Shown: positions 38,678 to 52,200 of the stretch, piece by piece
Position numbering within the stretch: the first letter of the stretch is position 1
Layout: every line of letters begins with the position of its first letter
Assembly (NCBI GenBank): GCA_002269645.1
Contig: NIVC01001395.1
Location: forward strand, 62,001 to 126,000
DNA: 64,000 nucleotides
Direction: 5' to 3'
From: Macrostomum lignano
Lineage: Eukaryota
Translations under genes and position numbers: made by a program
The notes under the pieces: generated by a model
The model's input: only the letters and a program-made list of their open reading frames with translations
Databases searched by the model: none
What the model was told of the DNA's origin: nothing

Positions 38678-41600
38678 ATGTCAACAGTAGCCAGTGCTGC
38701 TAACAGTCTAATTGAAGTGGATATTGACAAGCAGATCAATCTAATCAATTTAAGTAGACTATCTTTGCCTCAGCACACAGTTGTAAACTGCATATTTGTT
38801 AGTCCAAACTCAGAATTTAGTTTTGCTCAGAACAGTTTGGTAAAAGTGAGAGCAGAGTGTCCATGCTCCGATGACAATACATGGAAGTCACCTGTTCGTC
38901 TTGCATTTGTCCGAGTTTGTAGCGATTCTAAAGGTCAGGAAGGTGACAGCCAGCTTCTTGCCGGCCATCCAAGTCTGATTCACAACCTGTTACGAGCTAA
39001 AACTTCGAGACAAGATGACGTCATTAAATGTCATATTTACTGCCCTTCAGTGAGGCTTAGAATTGAGCAGTGCTCAACCAGCGATACTGCATCAGCTAAG
39101 CGAGCACGAAGCATTCAGTTAGCATTGTCTCCTTCGCCACACTACCCTATCGGATATGAATACAAGTCCAGTTTGTTTGAGCTGTTCTCAACCCAGCAGT
39201 GCTTGTATCCGGGCGATCTTGTTACTGTGCCTGCGTGTCAAACAGATGCTGCGACTCACGAGCTTGCGACTGGCACTGTGCTGTACTATACGGTAAAAGC
39301 CTATTTTCATTGTTTAAGTTTAGAAAGAGCCGAAAGTAATAATCGATTATAATACTACTTGCTTGCTAAGTAGTTTGATTGAATTTTGTCAGTATATTTA
39401 CCATGAACACGGATAACACGGAGCTTCACAAAAGTTCCACATGACACGGAGCTTGGTTTTATGATAGTGTCACCGAAGGCATTGTGCCAGGGTGCTTAGA
39501 CCTCTTGCGAGTAATTATATTTTTGTGATGCCATGATTTTGTTTTCTAATAGGGCAGATGTGCAACCGACAGCTCAGCCGCAGCTATTGCGCGGCGCATC
39601 TGAAGGCTGCATACGGCTGTTCAGTCCAAGGACTGGGGGGTCGCCACTCACACCCTCAATTACCCCAGCTAATGCTGGCACCCATTTTACAGCTGGGTAA
39701 ACTGAATTGCAATGCAGAGTTAAGTGTCTCGCTCAAGGAATTACAAATTGTTTCGAGTGAGTCAAGAATCGAACCCGCGACCTTCAAGTCGTGAGTCCGA
39801 CGCTCTGACCACTAAGCTACAACCCCAGTTTTATTTTTACAGTTTTGAAGCATCAATCCAAGGTTGACAAGTCGCAATGAATAAAAATATTCACGTAATT
39901 AATAATTCTTTCCTAATTGAACAGGTGACCGAAGTCAGCTCCGGCTCTGAGCACCTTGCCGGGCCAATACTGGCCGGCTTGGAGTTCACCAGCCTCCGAG
40001 TGCAAGCAGCCAACAACAATTACAAATCGGCTGTGGTATCCTACGCACCGCGTCTTTATCCTTCGCCATCGCTACCGTTAGCCACAGGTTTTGTTAACCG
40101 ACTGACCACTTTGCTACGTCGATGCGTTGATGCTTCGATTGAGAATAGTCTTCCACCAGTCACTATGCTCCTGCACGGGCCCAGCGGTTGCGGCAAAGCT
40201 GCCGCCGCTCTAGCCGCAGCTGACCGTCTCAGTTTACACGTCCGAATTGCTCGATGTGAAAATTTAACCGTCCAACTGCCTGGTTCGGTCAGTAGTAGCG
40301 ACGGGTCTGCTCTTGGCTCTGCGTCTGACTATGGCGAGGAAGATTTTTCCACCATCCTGTCCGGTGACGCAGCCCTGCCGAGACTGCTGCTACTCACTGA
40401 TGTCGGCTTGTTAGCTAGAAAACGGGACGGTTTGTCGGGTGCCGATCCGGCGGCTGTGACTGCGTTGGCTCGGTTGCTGAATCAGACTGGCCGACAGCAG
40501 CAGGGTTGGTTGGAGCACATAGGTGTTACACTCGCTCACACATGATTTACAGCGGCCTAGTTTAAATGATTTTTAAAAAATCGTATTTGAAGCCAAAAAA
40601 TCGCCATTGTCCCGCAGACGCTCCAGGCCGGCAGCCGTCAGTCATAATTGGCACCTGTCAATCACTTAGCCAATTGGACGCGGGCTTGCTGGCCCTGTTC
40701 CAGCTAGACCTGGCCGTGCCACCGCCAACCGAGTCGGAGCGTCGGCAAGCTCTGCTAAATGCCGGCGCTAGTCTGGAAAGCGACGCCGCATTGCTGGACA
40801 GCTTAACTCAGCGCAGCGTCGGTTTCAACGCTGCCGAGCTCTGGGCGCTGAAACGACGCGCCCGGTTGTTGGAATTTGGCTACCAAGATTCTGCTGAGGA
40901 GACTATTGATGTTACCGCTACTAGAAGCAAGCTTACAACAAATGTCGAAGGTCAGATTCGTCCCTCTGCCCTGTCTGCCGCCCTGGATGCGACGCTGAAA
41001 GCTCGAGCTGCTTCTCTCGGCGCGTCGAGTCTACCTACAACCGCCGCTGTAGCCTGGGAAGACGTCGGCGGTCAGGAAGCGGCCGTGGCTGAAATTTTAG
41101 CGACAGTGGAGGCGCCATTGAAACGGCCGGAGCTGCGGCGGCACCGACGCTGCGGCCTGCTGCTCTACGGTCCGCCTGGCGTTGGCAAGACCCTGCTGGC
41201 CAGGGCGGCGGCCAGCCAGCTGGGGCTGTCCTTCCTGAGCGTGAAAGGTCCCGAGCTCGTTAACATGTACGTTGGTCAATCCGAAGCGAACGTCCGGGCA
41301 CTGTTCGCTGACGCAATTCGTCTTGCGCCTTGCGTTGTATTCTTTGACGAATTGGACTCGATTGCTCCGGCTCGTGGCGGAGGCGGCGGAGGCGGTGCGA
41401 TTGACAGAATCGTTTCCCAGCTGCTCGCCGAACTTGATGGCATCAGAACGGCCGACGCTGCTGTTTTCGTCATTGGGGCCACGAACCGAGCCGACCTGCT
41501 GGATCGCGCTCTGCTCCGGCCTGGCCGATTTGATCAGGCCTTGCTAATTGCGCCGGCCGAAAGTCTGGAGGATAAAATGGCCCTTTTCAAGGCTCAATTA

Positions 41601-41870
41601 CGACGACGCACGTGTGCGCCGGATGTTGACGTTGAAACCCTGGCTGCCGCTCTACCGTCGCTTGTCACTGGTGCTGATGTCATGTCGGTGGTGTCCAATG
41701 CCGCCGATTTGGCATTGCGAGAGGCGGTTTCTGCCATAGACAGCGGATCGGAGGACGAGCTGAGTGTGAATTGTTGCCTGACTCAGGCCATGCTGCTTAG
41801 CTGCGCCAAAGAATTGGCGCCCTCCGTGACTGCCGAGCAAATGCTGGTCTATAGAAGCATGCAAGTTTGA
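38678..41870 (+). CDS. PEX6: Peroxisomal AAA+ ATPase PEX6 (exons 38678-39292, 39925-40504, 40618-41870; 815 aa)
   Basis: Degenerate D1 (LLHGPSGCGK) and intact D2 with WEDVGG, GPPGVGKT, KGPELVNMYVGQSEANVR, FFDELDSIAP and DRIVSQLLAELDG (PEX6-typical). Exons total 2448 nt with consistent phases. Confidence 0.9.
39546..39826 (-). mobile_element. SINE family A (copy 2) in PEX6 intron 1
   Basis: Highly similar to 9715-9993; tRNA-like head GGGGTTGTAGCTTAGTGG. Confidence 0.88.
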
Positions 41871-43522
41871 GGTGGACGTTTATTTTTTTAAGCCTGTTTT
41901 TACTAGCTTTTGTCGTTTTTACTGGTGTTTTTACGAAATAAACCGTTAAAAGAAGTGCTGCTTTGATTTTAAAGAAAATAGTTTGTTACTTAGTATTTAA
42001 CTGGCACTGTTTTGTGGCCTCAGCCTCAATTCTTAAAGTTATTTACTATACAGTTACTATATTAAAGAGTAAAGATTCTAAAGATTCTAACTTTCAGCAT
42101 CAGCCACCTATGAATATCCAAAATATGGGCAAAAATTCCATTGGAAATAATACAAATCGAGAGGTAAAAAATTAGTGAACATAGCTCGTAATTGACTGAC
42201 TTTCGAAGTATTAGTTGTGTAACTTTTTTCATGAAGATACTTCTGACAAAAACTACCAAAAGCAAATGACGACTGCCAAAGTATCATCAAGGACTGATAG
42301 ACTAGTCTGATGACAAAGCGAACGCCTTGATGCCTTTGTGGCATGGATACATTGCTATATCTAATGCTTTCTTATCCAAACCGGCGATCCAGCGAAAAAC
42401 TATTTTGTTCGGCTTAGAAAGTAAAATAAAACAAAGTAGCATTTAAAAATAAGTAGGGACACTGCGTTTTTGTTTCGTAAAAATTATCGAACCAGTTTAC
42501 TTTAAAAATAATGCGTATCATGTAAAAGAAGAATAAAGTCGAACACCTAAAAAGGAGCACAGAACTCAAGTTGAAATTTAACTTGTCACAATTTGCATAC
42601 TTTTTAACCGACTAATCATATTATGATAAATATTGTGAGTCAACGTCTGTAGAGATCGAAGTTATTGGCAAACTATCTATAACTAGCTAAATACCAGTAA
42701 GAGTTTCTGAGGTAAAAATGTTTTTTTACAAATGTACTAGCTGGCTAGTATAGCTTTTTTTGATTTATTATGGCTATTTCAAATTTCTATCCATTTACTA
42801 TACATAAAGTTAGGGGTCCCAATCTTGGCTTTTTGTTAGTGTTCAGGATCCCGGGATCCCGGTAAACACGGGATTGGAATTCACACTTTGCAGAAGTGAA
42901 TATTTTTCGTCTTGCAGTTAGCACTTAACAGTTTTGAGAGAAATTTTGCATCCTGAGAATGAAGTTATAGAATGGACAGTAGATTATCTATCAACTCAAT
43001 CAAGCACTACTATCAAGTCTAGACTTAAGTCTAACTGTCTAAGTGGCGATGGCCTGGACCTGGACACTGGGCCCACTAGCCCGGGCCCTACTGCAGGCTG
43101 CAGGCGCAGCTACAGAAAGGAAAGGGGGCAGAAAAAAGGTAATGGGGTGGGACTGGGTTCTGAGTCTGAGCTTCTATGTGTGTGTGAGGTGGTCTGTGTT
43201 GGGGGCAGAGAAAGGCACCAGCACAGCGATACAGTCCTAATCCAAGGGGAGGGTGTAGTTTAGTATATATGTACAACAAGGACTTCTAGACTAACAGGAC
43301 GTAAAACTTAAAAATCGTGCAATTTTTTGGAGGCCACGATTTCCTGGAAAAAATACACTGCGAAGATAGGAAAAAATCAGTTTTTCGTCACAAAATCTGT
43401 GATTTTATTTGATCTGGGGCAGTGAAGACTACCATTCTTTTAATTTAGCATGCACAACATGTTACTCTATTATATTTTCATATAGCTATGTAGTGAAGTT
43501 TTAATTTTCATATTGTTTTCAC

Positions 43523-44696
43523 CAGTGTTGGGCACTTCCGTTACCGAGTAACTTGTAAATGGTAACGCAAGTTACTTTTTCGTAAAGCGTTCCTTACGCA
43601 AGTTACTTTCCTATTTTGGTAACGGAGTAACGGTAAGTTACTCAAATTTCGGAAGTCCGTTACAGTTACTTTGCAACAATCGCAATATTTAAATTTAAAA
43701 CTGATATGCTTAGCTATTACGCCAGTTGTCACATTTTTAGCATTTTTCATTCTTAAATTCAAAACTAAGTGAATAATATCATACGGTATTACGCTGTAAT
43801 TAATAAAGAAATACTTGAAACATGTTTTTACTTTGTTATTTTCGGTAAAATATTTTTGCTTTTCGTTTTTAAGTTAATAAAAATATTTTGTTTAGTTCTT
43901 AGAAACAAACAACCAAAGAAAGAAATTCATCTGTAGTCTCCACAAATCCACTCAGTGATCGACGTAGCCAGGAATTTTAATTGGGGGGGGGGCGGGTTGG
44001 CCTGGCTGGCCATGCCTCATGCACCCGCCACGCCCAACCCCACCCCCCCCTGGTGGGGTGTCTTGCAGGTGGGGTGAAGTTGCCGCCCCAACGATTGTTA
44101 AGGCGGCCTCCCTGGCTACACCACTAAAGTCCACTGGCACTGCACTGCACTGCACAATAATTTAATATTAATGAATTGAAAAATAATTGAAAAAATTGAA
44201 AAAAATTTCAAATAATTGAAAATAAAAAGACTAGTAAAGCAGACTGTAGAGTGGAGTAAAGCCAGGTACTTATTACGAGCGATGTATTATCAAGGACAAC
44301 TGAAGTTACGTTAAGTTGTCCTTGTGTATTATAACTTATAATGTTATTAAAAATTAAATTGCGTTTTGCCTTTAACGTTTCTGACCTTCAGCTTCTCTTC
44401 TTTTTACGGAAAGGGCCTAAAGTGATTAAAATTTAATACAGTTACTGAAATTAATTTTGTTGTATTTTTCCTTCTGGCTTTCGCGATCATTTGTGCTGTT
44501 CCAGCACATTTGCAATGTTAAAAAAGCAGAAAATTTTGTTTATAACATAGGTAACGGAAGTAAGTAACGGAAGTAACTTAAAAGTTACCGGGTTTTTGTT
44601 CAAAGTTACTAGGCTAACGTAAGTTACTTTTTAAAAAGTGGTAACTTAAGTTACAGTAACGCAAGTTACTTTTTTTGAGTAACTTGCCCAACACTG
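43523..44696. mobile_element. hAT-type element nested in the left arm of the long-TIR element
   Basis: TIR CAGTGTTGGGCA, subterminal GTAAC/GTTAC motifs, perfect 8-bp TSD GTTTTCAC. Confidence 0.9.
43953..44126. mobile_element. GC-rich MITE, innermost of the nest; related to 36753-36964
   Basis: Imperfect TIRs containing GTAGCCAGG; flanks AAATCCACT / AAGTCCACT. Confidence 0.7.
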
Positions 44697-46640
44697 GTTT
44701 TCACTTTATTTCTTAAGCTACAAGTTGCAAACTCACAAGTGGCATTAGCCAAACTTTTTGTGTTGTTCTTTTTTAAATAAAGTATAAAAACATTGCATGT
44801 AGGTACTCTTAGTCTTAAGCTATTATTGTAGGTTTAGTAACTAAACTAATTCCTAGGCCTACTAGAACTAGACCTATCACTGCACTATCTAGCCTAATAA
44901 GTAATTAAATTTAGACAAAGATTTTTTTATTATATATAGATTACCAATACATAGTTTCATATTGTTGTTTACCTAGGCTTGAGAAAGCTGTATTATCAGT
45001 TTTTAAGCCAAGCCTATATTTAAGACTAAGATTTAAGAAGAATAGACTTAATCACAAAAAATAGGCCCTAACCATTTTTACTAGGTTACTAGGTTTTACT
45101 ATCTATAAGAAAAAACATTGATTAGTATTTTTATAATTTTTATTTTAAAGGCTAGAAAATTATTATATTACAAATTTGAATAGCTTTTCTTTTCTTGAAT
45201 TTGATATTTGGCTAATGCCACTTGTGAGTATTTGCAACTTTGGGCTTATGAAATAAAGTGAAAACAATATGAAAATTAAAACTTCACTACATAGCTATAT
45301 GAAAATATAATAGAGTAACATGTTGTGCATGTTAAATTAAAAGAATGGTAGTCTTCACTGCCCCAGATCAAATACAATCACAGATTTTGTGACGAAAAAC
45401 TGATTTTTTCCTATCTTCGCAGTGTATTTTTTCCAGGAAATCGTGGCCTCCAAAAAATTGCACGATTTTTGAGTTTTACGTCCTGTTAGTCTAGAAGTCC
45501 TTGATGTACAATTGTACATGGATAGTGTACACTGAACACTGATCATTGGACAAGGACTAGAAAGCCAAGACTTCAACTATTTTATCAATGCAGTATAAGC
45601 TAGAAATAGAAATTAGAAACCCAAATGATGCTCAAATTAGTTGAGAAATTTGTTTTGTGGACAATGGAAAACTTTGTATAAATTTGTTTGGCCCGGGATC
45701 TTGGGATTGGGTCAATTTTTTGTCCAGGATCCAAGGTCCAGGATTGTAAAATGTCCAGGATTTGGGACCCCTACATAAAGTCTTATGAATTTAAATAAAA
45801 ATATGAAAAACCTTGTCTATTCTTTATTGTTACCTTTGGGTTCAATGCATTGGACCCTTGGTCTGACTGCATGTCTATGTCTTGCTTCGTTTAAATTTTA
45901 ATTAGTTATATTTAATTAGGTCTATTATTTTTATCTATGGGTTTTGGCAAATGTAATAGCTATATATTAAATTATATCATATGAAATTACATTAACAATT
46001 GCAAGTAGTTTTAATTTAAGTACATTTTTGAGCTTGAAGTAGGTAGATTCTATAATTCCTATGAATTTCTTAAGGAACTACTTGTCATAGTCCAAAATTA
46101 AATGATTAAAATCAAGGATTTAATGGTGCATCCTATTTTTTAAGTTATCAATTCCTAAGCAATAGCTTAGAGAAGTAAGACACTTTATGGACTGCATCTT
46201 TAATTAGATTTTCAGTTTTCATAAACATATAGGATACAAAAGTAGTTTGTCATGTGCTAATATTAGTGCACTAAAATCATACCTTATGCAATGCTTGAAT
46301 GATAGCTCTGGGTCTAGAAATGGCCAATCATGTTGATGATTATTTGTTAAAAATCACCCACAATTATATTGAGTTATATAAATTTTGTTAACTTCATTGT
46401 TAGTTATCTCTGTTATGTCCCTGATACATATCCAATTTTTATGATCCTCAAAAATTGTGAACAGAATGCCTGTATTATTATTTATTCTAACATTTTTGTA
46501 GAAACGAGCTTCTTTTAGAAGATCATAAAAATTTGATACATATCAGGGACATTCCTGCAACCAAATAAGCTATGTATCGGAGACATCCAACTTTCTAATT
46601 TTGCTGCTTGGGGAGTACTTTCCCAGCCCTGCTCCACATA

Positions 46641-47927
46641 CGAGGGCTCAGCAATAAGTTTCCGGATGTGCATAGTTGAGAGGCGGCTGACACAATCTGA
46701 CATCATAGGTGTCAAGTACATTATATAAGTACAATGTTTGTAAAGTTTCAGACGCACATATATAGCCAGTGCAGCACCCAAACCAAGCTAGCATACCCAC
46801 CCTATCTATCAAATTCACAATGGAGCTCAATAGGAGTCATTTTAGAGCAATGATTTATTAAGATTTTAAAAGTGATTTGCGGCAGCAAGAAAGTCTTGAG
46901 CGATTGTGAGGAGCTTTTGGGGATGAAGAACCTTCTAGATCGATCGTTTTTGACTGGTTTGCCGAATTTCGATGCGGCAGGCAGAGTCTGGATGATGAGG
47001 AGCGCAGCGGCCGGCCTGTCTCCGCAACGACCGAGGATAATGTTGCTGCTGTCCAGGCCATGGTTGAGGATGATGCCCGAGTGACTGTGGCCCAGATAGA
47101 GGCAGAGTTGGGCATCTCATCAGGATCCATCAGGACGATCCTGCATTCACAGCTCAACCTGAGCAAGATTTCTGCACGCTGGGTGCCTCATCAGCTGACT
47201 CCGCAGCAGGAGGCTCGGGTGACCTGGTGCCGCACCATGCTCGACAGATTCAACGGAGGCAGCTCAAACTCGGTCTGGGATATCGTCAGTGGTGACGAGT
47301 CCTGGATCTATAGTTTCGACCCGGAGACTAAGCGGCAGTCGGCCCAGTGGACTCCAGTTGGCGGCACCCCACTATCCCAGCTTCGGCGAGAGCGCAGCGT
47401 GGCGAAGCAGATGGTGGTCGTTTTCGTGGCAAAAACCGGTCATCTGGCCACAGTTCCACTCACCGGTGACTAGTATGCCAACGTTTGCCTGCCAGAAGTG
47501 CTGAGCGCTCTCTCCAGGCGTCGCCCAAGGACTCGAGCTCGGGGCATCCCGCATCCTTCTCCATCACGACAACGCCCCGGCCCACAAGGCTCGACAGGTG
47601 ACGGAGTTCCTGGCCGGAGAGCGCATTCAAGAGCTCGGTCATCCACCCTACAGCCCCGACCTGGCCCCGTGCGACTTTTTGTGTTTCCAAAATCAAGCGC
47701 AGGATGCGTGGCATCCGCTATGGATCACCAGAAGCTGCAGTGGAGGCCTTCATCCGGCATGTGGAGCAGGTGCTGCTTCAGATTGGTCCAGCTGCTTTAG
47801 CAAGTGGTTTGAGCGCATGAAAATTTGCATTGAATCTGCTGGAGAGTACTTTGAAAAGATGTAACTGCTTTCTTCTCTGTAACCATTTCTGTCTGGGCAC
47901 ATCCGGAAACCTATTGCTCAGCCCTCG
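46641..47927 (+). mobile_element. Complete 1287-bp mariner element with a multiply frameshifted transposase
   Basis: TIR CGAGGGCT(C/G)AGCAATA(A/G)GTTTCCGGATGTGC, TA TSD, ATG at 46820; motifs RSGRP, WVPHQL, GDESW, HHDNAP and HPPYSPDLAPCDF. Confidence 0.95.
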
Positions 47928-48179
47928 TATATGGCCTCACACTTGGTTCCCTAGGAAGCAAGATATGAATTTTCCATGACAATGTCATGGCAATCTCATC
48001 TGCTGCAATCAATTTCGCTGTAATCTCTGATGCATTTTAGTACTGACTAAATTCTCAAAAAAACTCGTTTGAACATTATATAGTTCATATGGTAAATTTT
48101 GGTCAAGTACATAATAGTACTGCTTCCTGGAAAGCAAAGTGCTTATCATGTACTGTAGTGAATTCATTGGCTTAATATA

Positions 48180-48531
48180 AATAATGATAATAACTGATTA
48201 TACCTGCCCTAATAGGGCAGATGTGCAACCGACAGCTTAGCCGCAGCTATTGCACAGCGCATCTGAAGGCTACGTCCAGCTATACACAGTAATAGCCATA
48301 ATATTCTTCCGTAATATTATGAATATTACTTATAATATTATTTAGAAAGTAATATATAGATGCAGTAATATTCTTCAGTCCAAGGACTGGGGGGTCGCCA
48401 CACACCCTCACTTACCCCAGCTAATGCTGACACCCATTTTACAGTTGGGTGAACTGAAGCAATGTAGAGCTAAGTGTCTTGCTCAAGGACACAAATTGTT
48501 CCAAGTGGGTCAAGAATCGAACCCCCGACCA
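48180..48531 (-). mobile_element. SINE family A (copy 3), head-truncated, with an AT-rich insert of about 100 bp
   Basis: Matches copies 1 and 2 on both sides of 48272-48372. Confidence 0.8.
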
Positions 48532-49294
48532 TTGGGTTGAGCAAAGTGCAAAAGAGTCAGGAGTTATACTGATTACCTTGTGGTAAAAACACAAGTTTTT
48601 TAATATTTGAAGACAGTAAAAGCTTCAGTTTATCAAGGCTGCATGCACATTCCGCTCCTATATATATATTTTTGTTTTGCTACAATGCCACGAAATACTG
48701 TGTCTATAAAACTACCTACTTTGATAAATTAAACATATATGAATACCGCTATAATACTTAAGCATAACTGTAATGATTTTCTAGTAATAGTTTAAATGGA
48801 AGGACAATATAAGGTTATTCGTAAGTGAGACTTTAGGATAGTCACCCGACTGACAAGACGACCATCCGGCGCTACCTGGCGATTAAATGGGACAAGTCCT
48901 TGCAAAAATGTAGCGATGCAGTTTCGCGTGCCCTGAACATGGGAGACACCGCACAGACCCACGGCATGGTACTTGCACTGTGAAAATTGTACCGTACTTA
49001 TGGATACTATTGAATAATTCTCATAGTTAATGTTTGCGTTTATTTTTCTTGTTCGCGTTTGTTAATTGTTTCTGCTCTAAAAATAACCCACCGCTATCCC
49101 TAGGTCAAACAGCATTATCCAGAGGTTTCAAGTAAAGAAATATATTGGGTGTGGATTAGGTTTGACCATAGACACTTTAATTATCCTATGTATGTTCACT
49201 ATGCATACATGTACATCTCATGCGTCTCATGCATAGATGTTACTAAGCTTGATCTAGCCATTATTTCATATTTCAGTATCGCCAAGTTGGCGGC

Positions 49295-52200
49295 ATGTGC
49301 GACGATGAAGACGCAGACCCCTACTACGACCAGCGTGACTGGCGGCGTCTAAGGCCGCAACAGTCGCTAGAAGAGATTTATAACTTACTGCGCGACTTCG
49401 CTACTACTGATGAAGTAGTTATTAAAGCCCAAACAAAAACTGAGAGAGCGGATAAGCTCCTGTCTGATAACTCACAAAAGTACTGTCTGTGCAGGATTAA
49501 ATTTGAGCAGAACGGACAGACAGTCGGCATTCCTGAAGGTAAATTTAAGGACTGTAAAAAAATTGTCCTACTCAACAACAGACGGAAGTATGAATACAAC
49601 GATCAGGTTGTGGTGCGTGTTATCGAACGAAAAGTTGGCCGACCAGTTGAAGGCATCATCAAGACTCGTTACGAAGTAATCCCAGCTTACAGATTGTACC
49701 GACCTGAAAAATTCATTGGCAAACGAACAACAGTGCTGTGCATTGTTCACCTGGCCGACTCTTTCAATTCTTGGGCCCAGCCGGTCTCAGACGAGACAAT
49801 TACCAGAATCATTCTGCCTAGCCGGGCCGCCTGTGCATGTGCGGCAGACGGCGACGCTTGCTACGTGAAGCTGTTAAACCCGGAAGATCGCGGCTCAGAT
49901 AAACAACTTTTCGGTCGAGTGGTCGCCATAAAACAGCAGGCGCACAAGTTGAAGCATAAACTGTTGCTATGCCGCATAGTGCCCGGCAGCTATGCTCATA
50001 TGGAGCCTCTTTGTGGCACTGTGCCGAGAATCACGTACGCTAATTTGCATGCTCAACGCTACGATGCCGAAGTGACTAAAAAGTTCAAGGAGCACATCGG
50101 CAAGGAAACTCAACGCCCCGACATGGAATACGAAGAACGATTGCGATTCGCCAACTCTAAATATGTCACTCTGTTTTCCGTCAAGCTAGATCCGGATAAT
50201 GTCCCATTTTTTCGGGCTAGAGCGGCAGTGAAAGTTAACAAGGATAACTGCGACAAGCTCTTTCTGGTGTGCTACTCACTCTGGGAGGTCGGGTATCCGT
50301 ATCCGAAAGGACACGTTGTCGCCATAATAAACAAGAAAGATTTCGAACCAATGCGCGATCTATTGTTGTCAGTTCAATTTTCATTGCCGTTCATAAAACC
50401 CGACGAAGAAATGGAGGCCAAGTTGAAAACAGAAGTGTCCAAAGTTGCCAGTGAGGTCAACAAATGCTGCAGCGATGCCGGTAGAGAAGACTGTCGCAGC
50501 CTTCTGGCAGTCACTATCGATGAAGAAACGACGCGAATGTTTGACGATGCTTTATCACTTGCAGCCGTTTCCGAGAATGTCTACGAAATTGGAGTCCACG
50601 TGACCGATGCGTCCTACTACATTGAGAATAATTCTGCCTTGGACAGAACAGCACGGGAGAATCTCATTGAACTCGAAGGCAACGATGCTGTTAAACACTC
50701 TGCACACTTATTTCCGCAAAGCCTGTCTCTGAACTGGCTCAGCTTAGTTGCCAATCAGTCAAGAAAGTGTTTATCGGTGTTTTTCACTGTCCGATTTGAT
50801 GAAGCCAGCAGTTCATTCAGCATAGAATCTAAAAGAATTATTCCTACCGTGATTAAAGTTCGTTGCAATTTGAAAAAGTCGCAAGTTACAGAAGTGCTTA
50901 CTCAGAATGAGTCACCCGAATGTAGAGATGACAAAGAAGTTGCTAGCATGCTGAAATTCCTCTGCAAGATTTCCATTCGATGGCGACTGGATCGACTCGG
51001 TGAGGCAGCCTTCTGCCAGTCGCCAAGAACCGGTGAGCCCCCCGTCGATCAAAACTTCGAAGCTAGCTGTTTGGTAGAGGAATTCATTCTCAAAGCTAAT
51101 TTTGCCGTGGCAGAATTTCTAAAGAAAGAAAAGGCCAGAAACTACCCGATTCGAGTGCAGAACCCTCCCAGAGAAGCGGATGTTGCCGCGTGGCTAAGAA
51201 ATCACGGCGCCACCGTCGATCACTCGTCCGAGCTCTCGCGCTACTTATGCGATCTATTATTGGTTGTTCCAGATGAGCCTGCCAGCAGTCTGATTCTTGA
51301 TTGCAGAGATTTTGACGATCTGCGAGTCACTTCGGACAAGAGAAAGTTTCTTTTGCGCCTGTTCTCTGAGAAGCAGTTCTCTCACCTGTTGCCCGCGATA
51401 TCTGCTTGGCATCGGATTTCAAACAGAGCCGAGTATCGCATTGTTAGAAGCGAGCCCAGCAAGCATTTCAGCTTGAACACCGAGGACTATGTCCAGTTTA
51501 CAAGTCCTCTGTGGCGCTATACCGACTTGCTGATTCACAGGCATTTGAGAGTCGCTTTAAAAGTCTGCGATCAGAGCAGTATTGGCGACGCAGCCGAAGA
51601 CATACAAAATTTTGAGCAATCTGTTAATAAGAAAGAAGTTACGCTTATCAATCTGCAGAAGAAAAGACAAGAAATTGACTTTGGACTGAACCTGAATTCG
51701 AATACTCAAAGATTCTTTCCTGCCACTGTAGAGTCAGTCGGGGAAGGCTATATTAGTCTTGCCTGCTCGCCAAGTACCAAAGCGGCTGTTCTTTCGAATC
51801 TGATCGTAAATCCCAGCCACATGGGCCTGTTCTCGTCGCCAACAATCAGCGAAGGCTTAATGGAATTGGCTTGGAATTTGCGGGTTTATTATCACGAAGA
51901 CTTCGTTCGGCGAGGTCAGTGTGTTGCCAAGATAGATAGGAGCGCGGAGCCGCAAACAGACAGAGGTCAACTACAAAGAGATTCGAATAGCATTCAAGAC
52001 GGCGTTACCCAGGATGTGCTACTCAAGATTCAGAGTTTAAAAAGAAGCATTTGCGAAGCTGTTGGTGACTACAGTCAAATAGACATCCACGATCTAAGGC
52101 TGATGTTAGCCGAAGTGGGACGTGTTGAGGAACAGGTGGACATTGATGAGGTTCACTCGGATCCCGGAATACAACGAACAAATATCTTAAACGCTTTGAT

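Larger units (their letters stand above)
43274..45506. mobile_element. Long-TIR non-autonomous DNA element (about 300-bp inverted arms, probable TA TSD)
   Basis: 43274-43522 plus 44705-44752 form the inverted complement of about 45207-45506; both ends are flanked by TA. Confidence 0.8.
42811..45773. mobile_element. hAT-type element, outermost of a nest
   Basis: TIR TAGGGGTCCCAA; perfect 8-bp TSD CATAAAGT. Confidence 0.88.
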
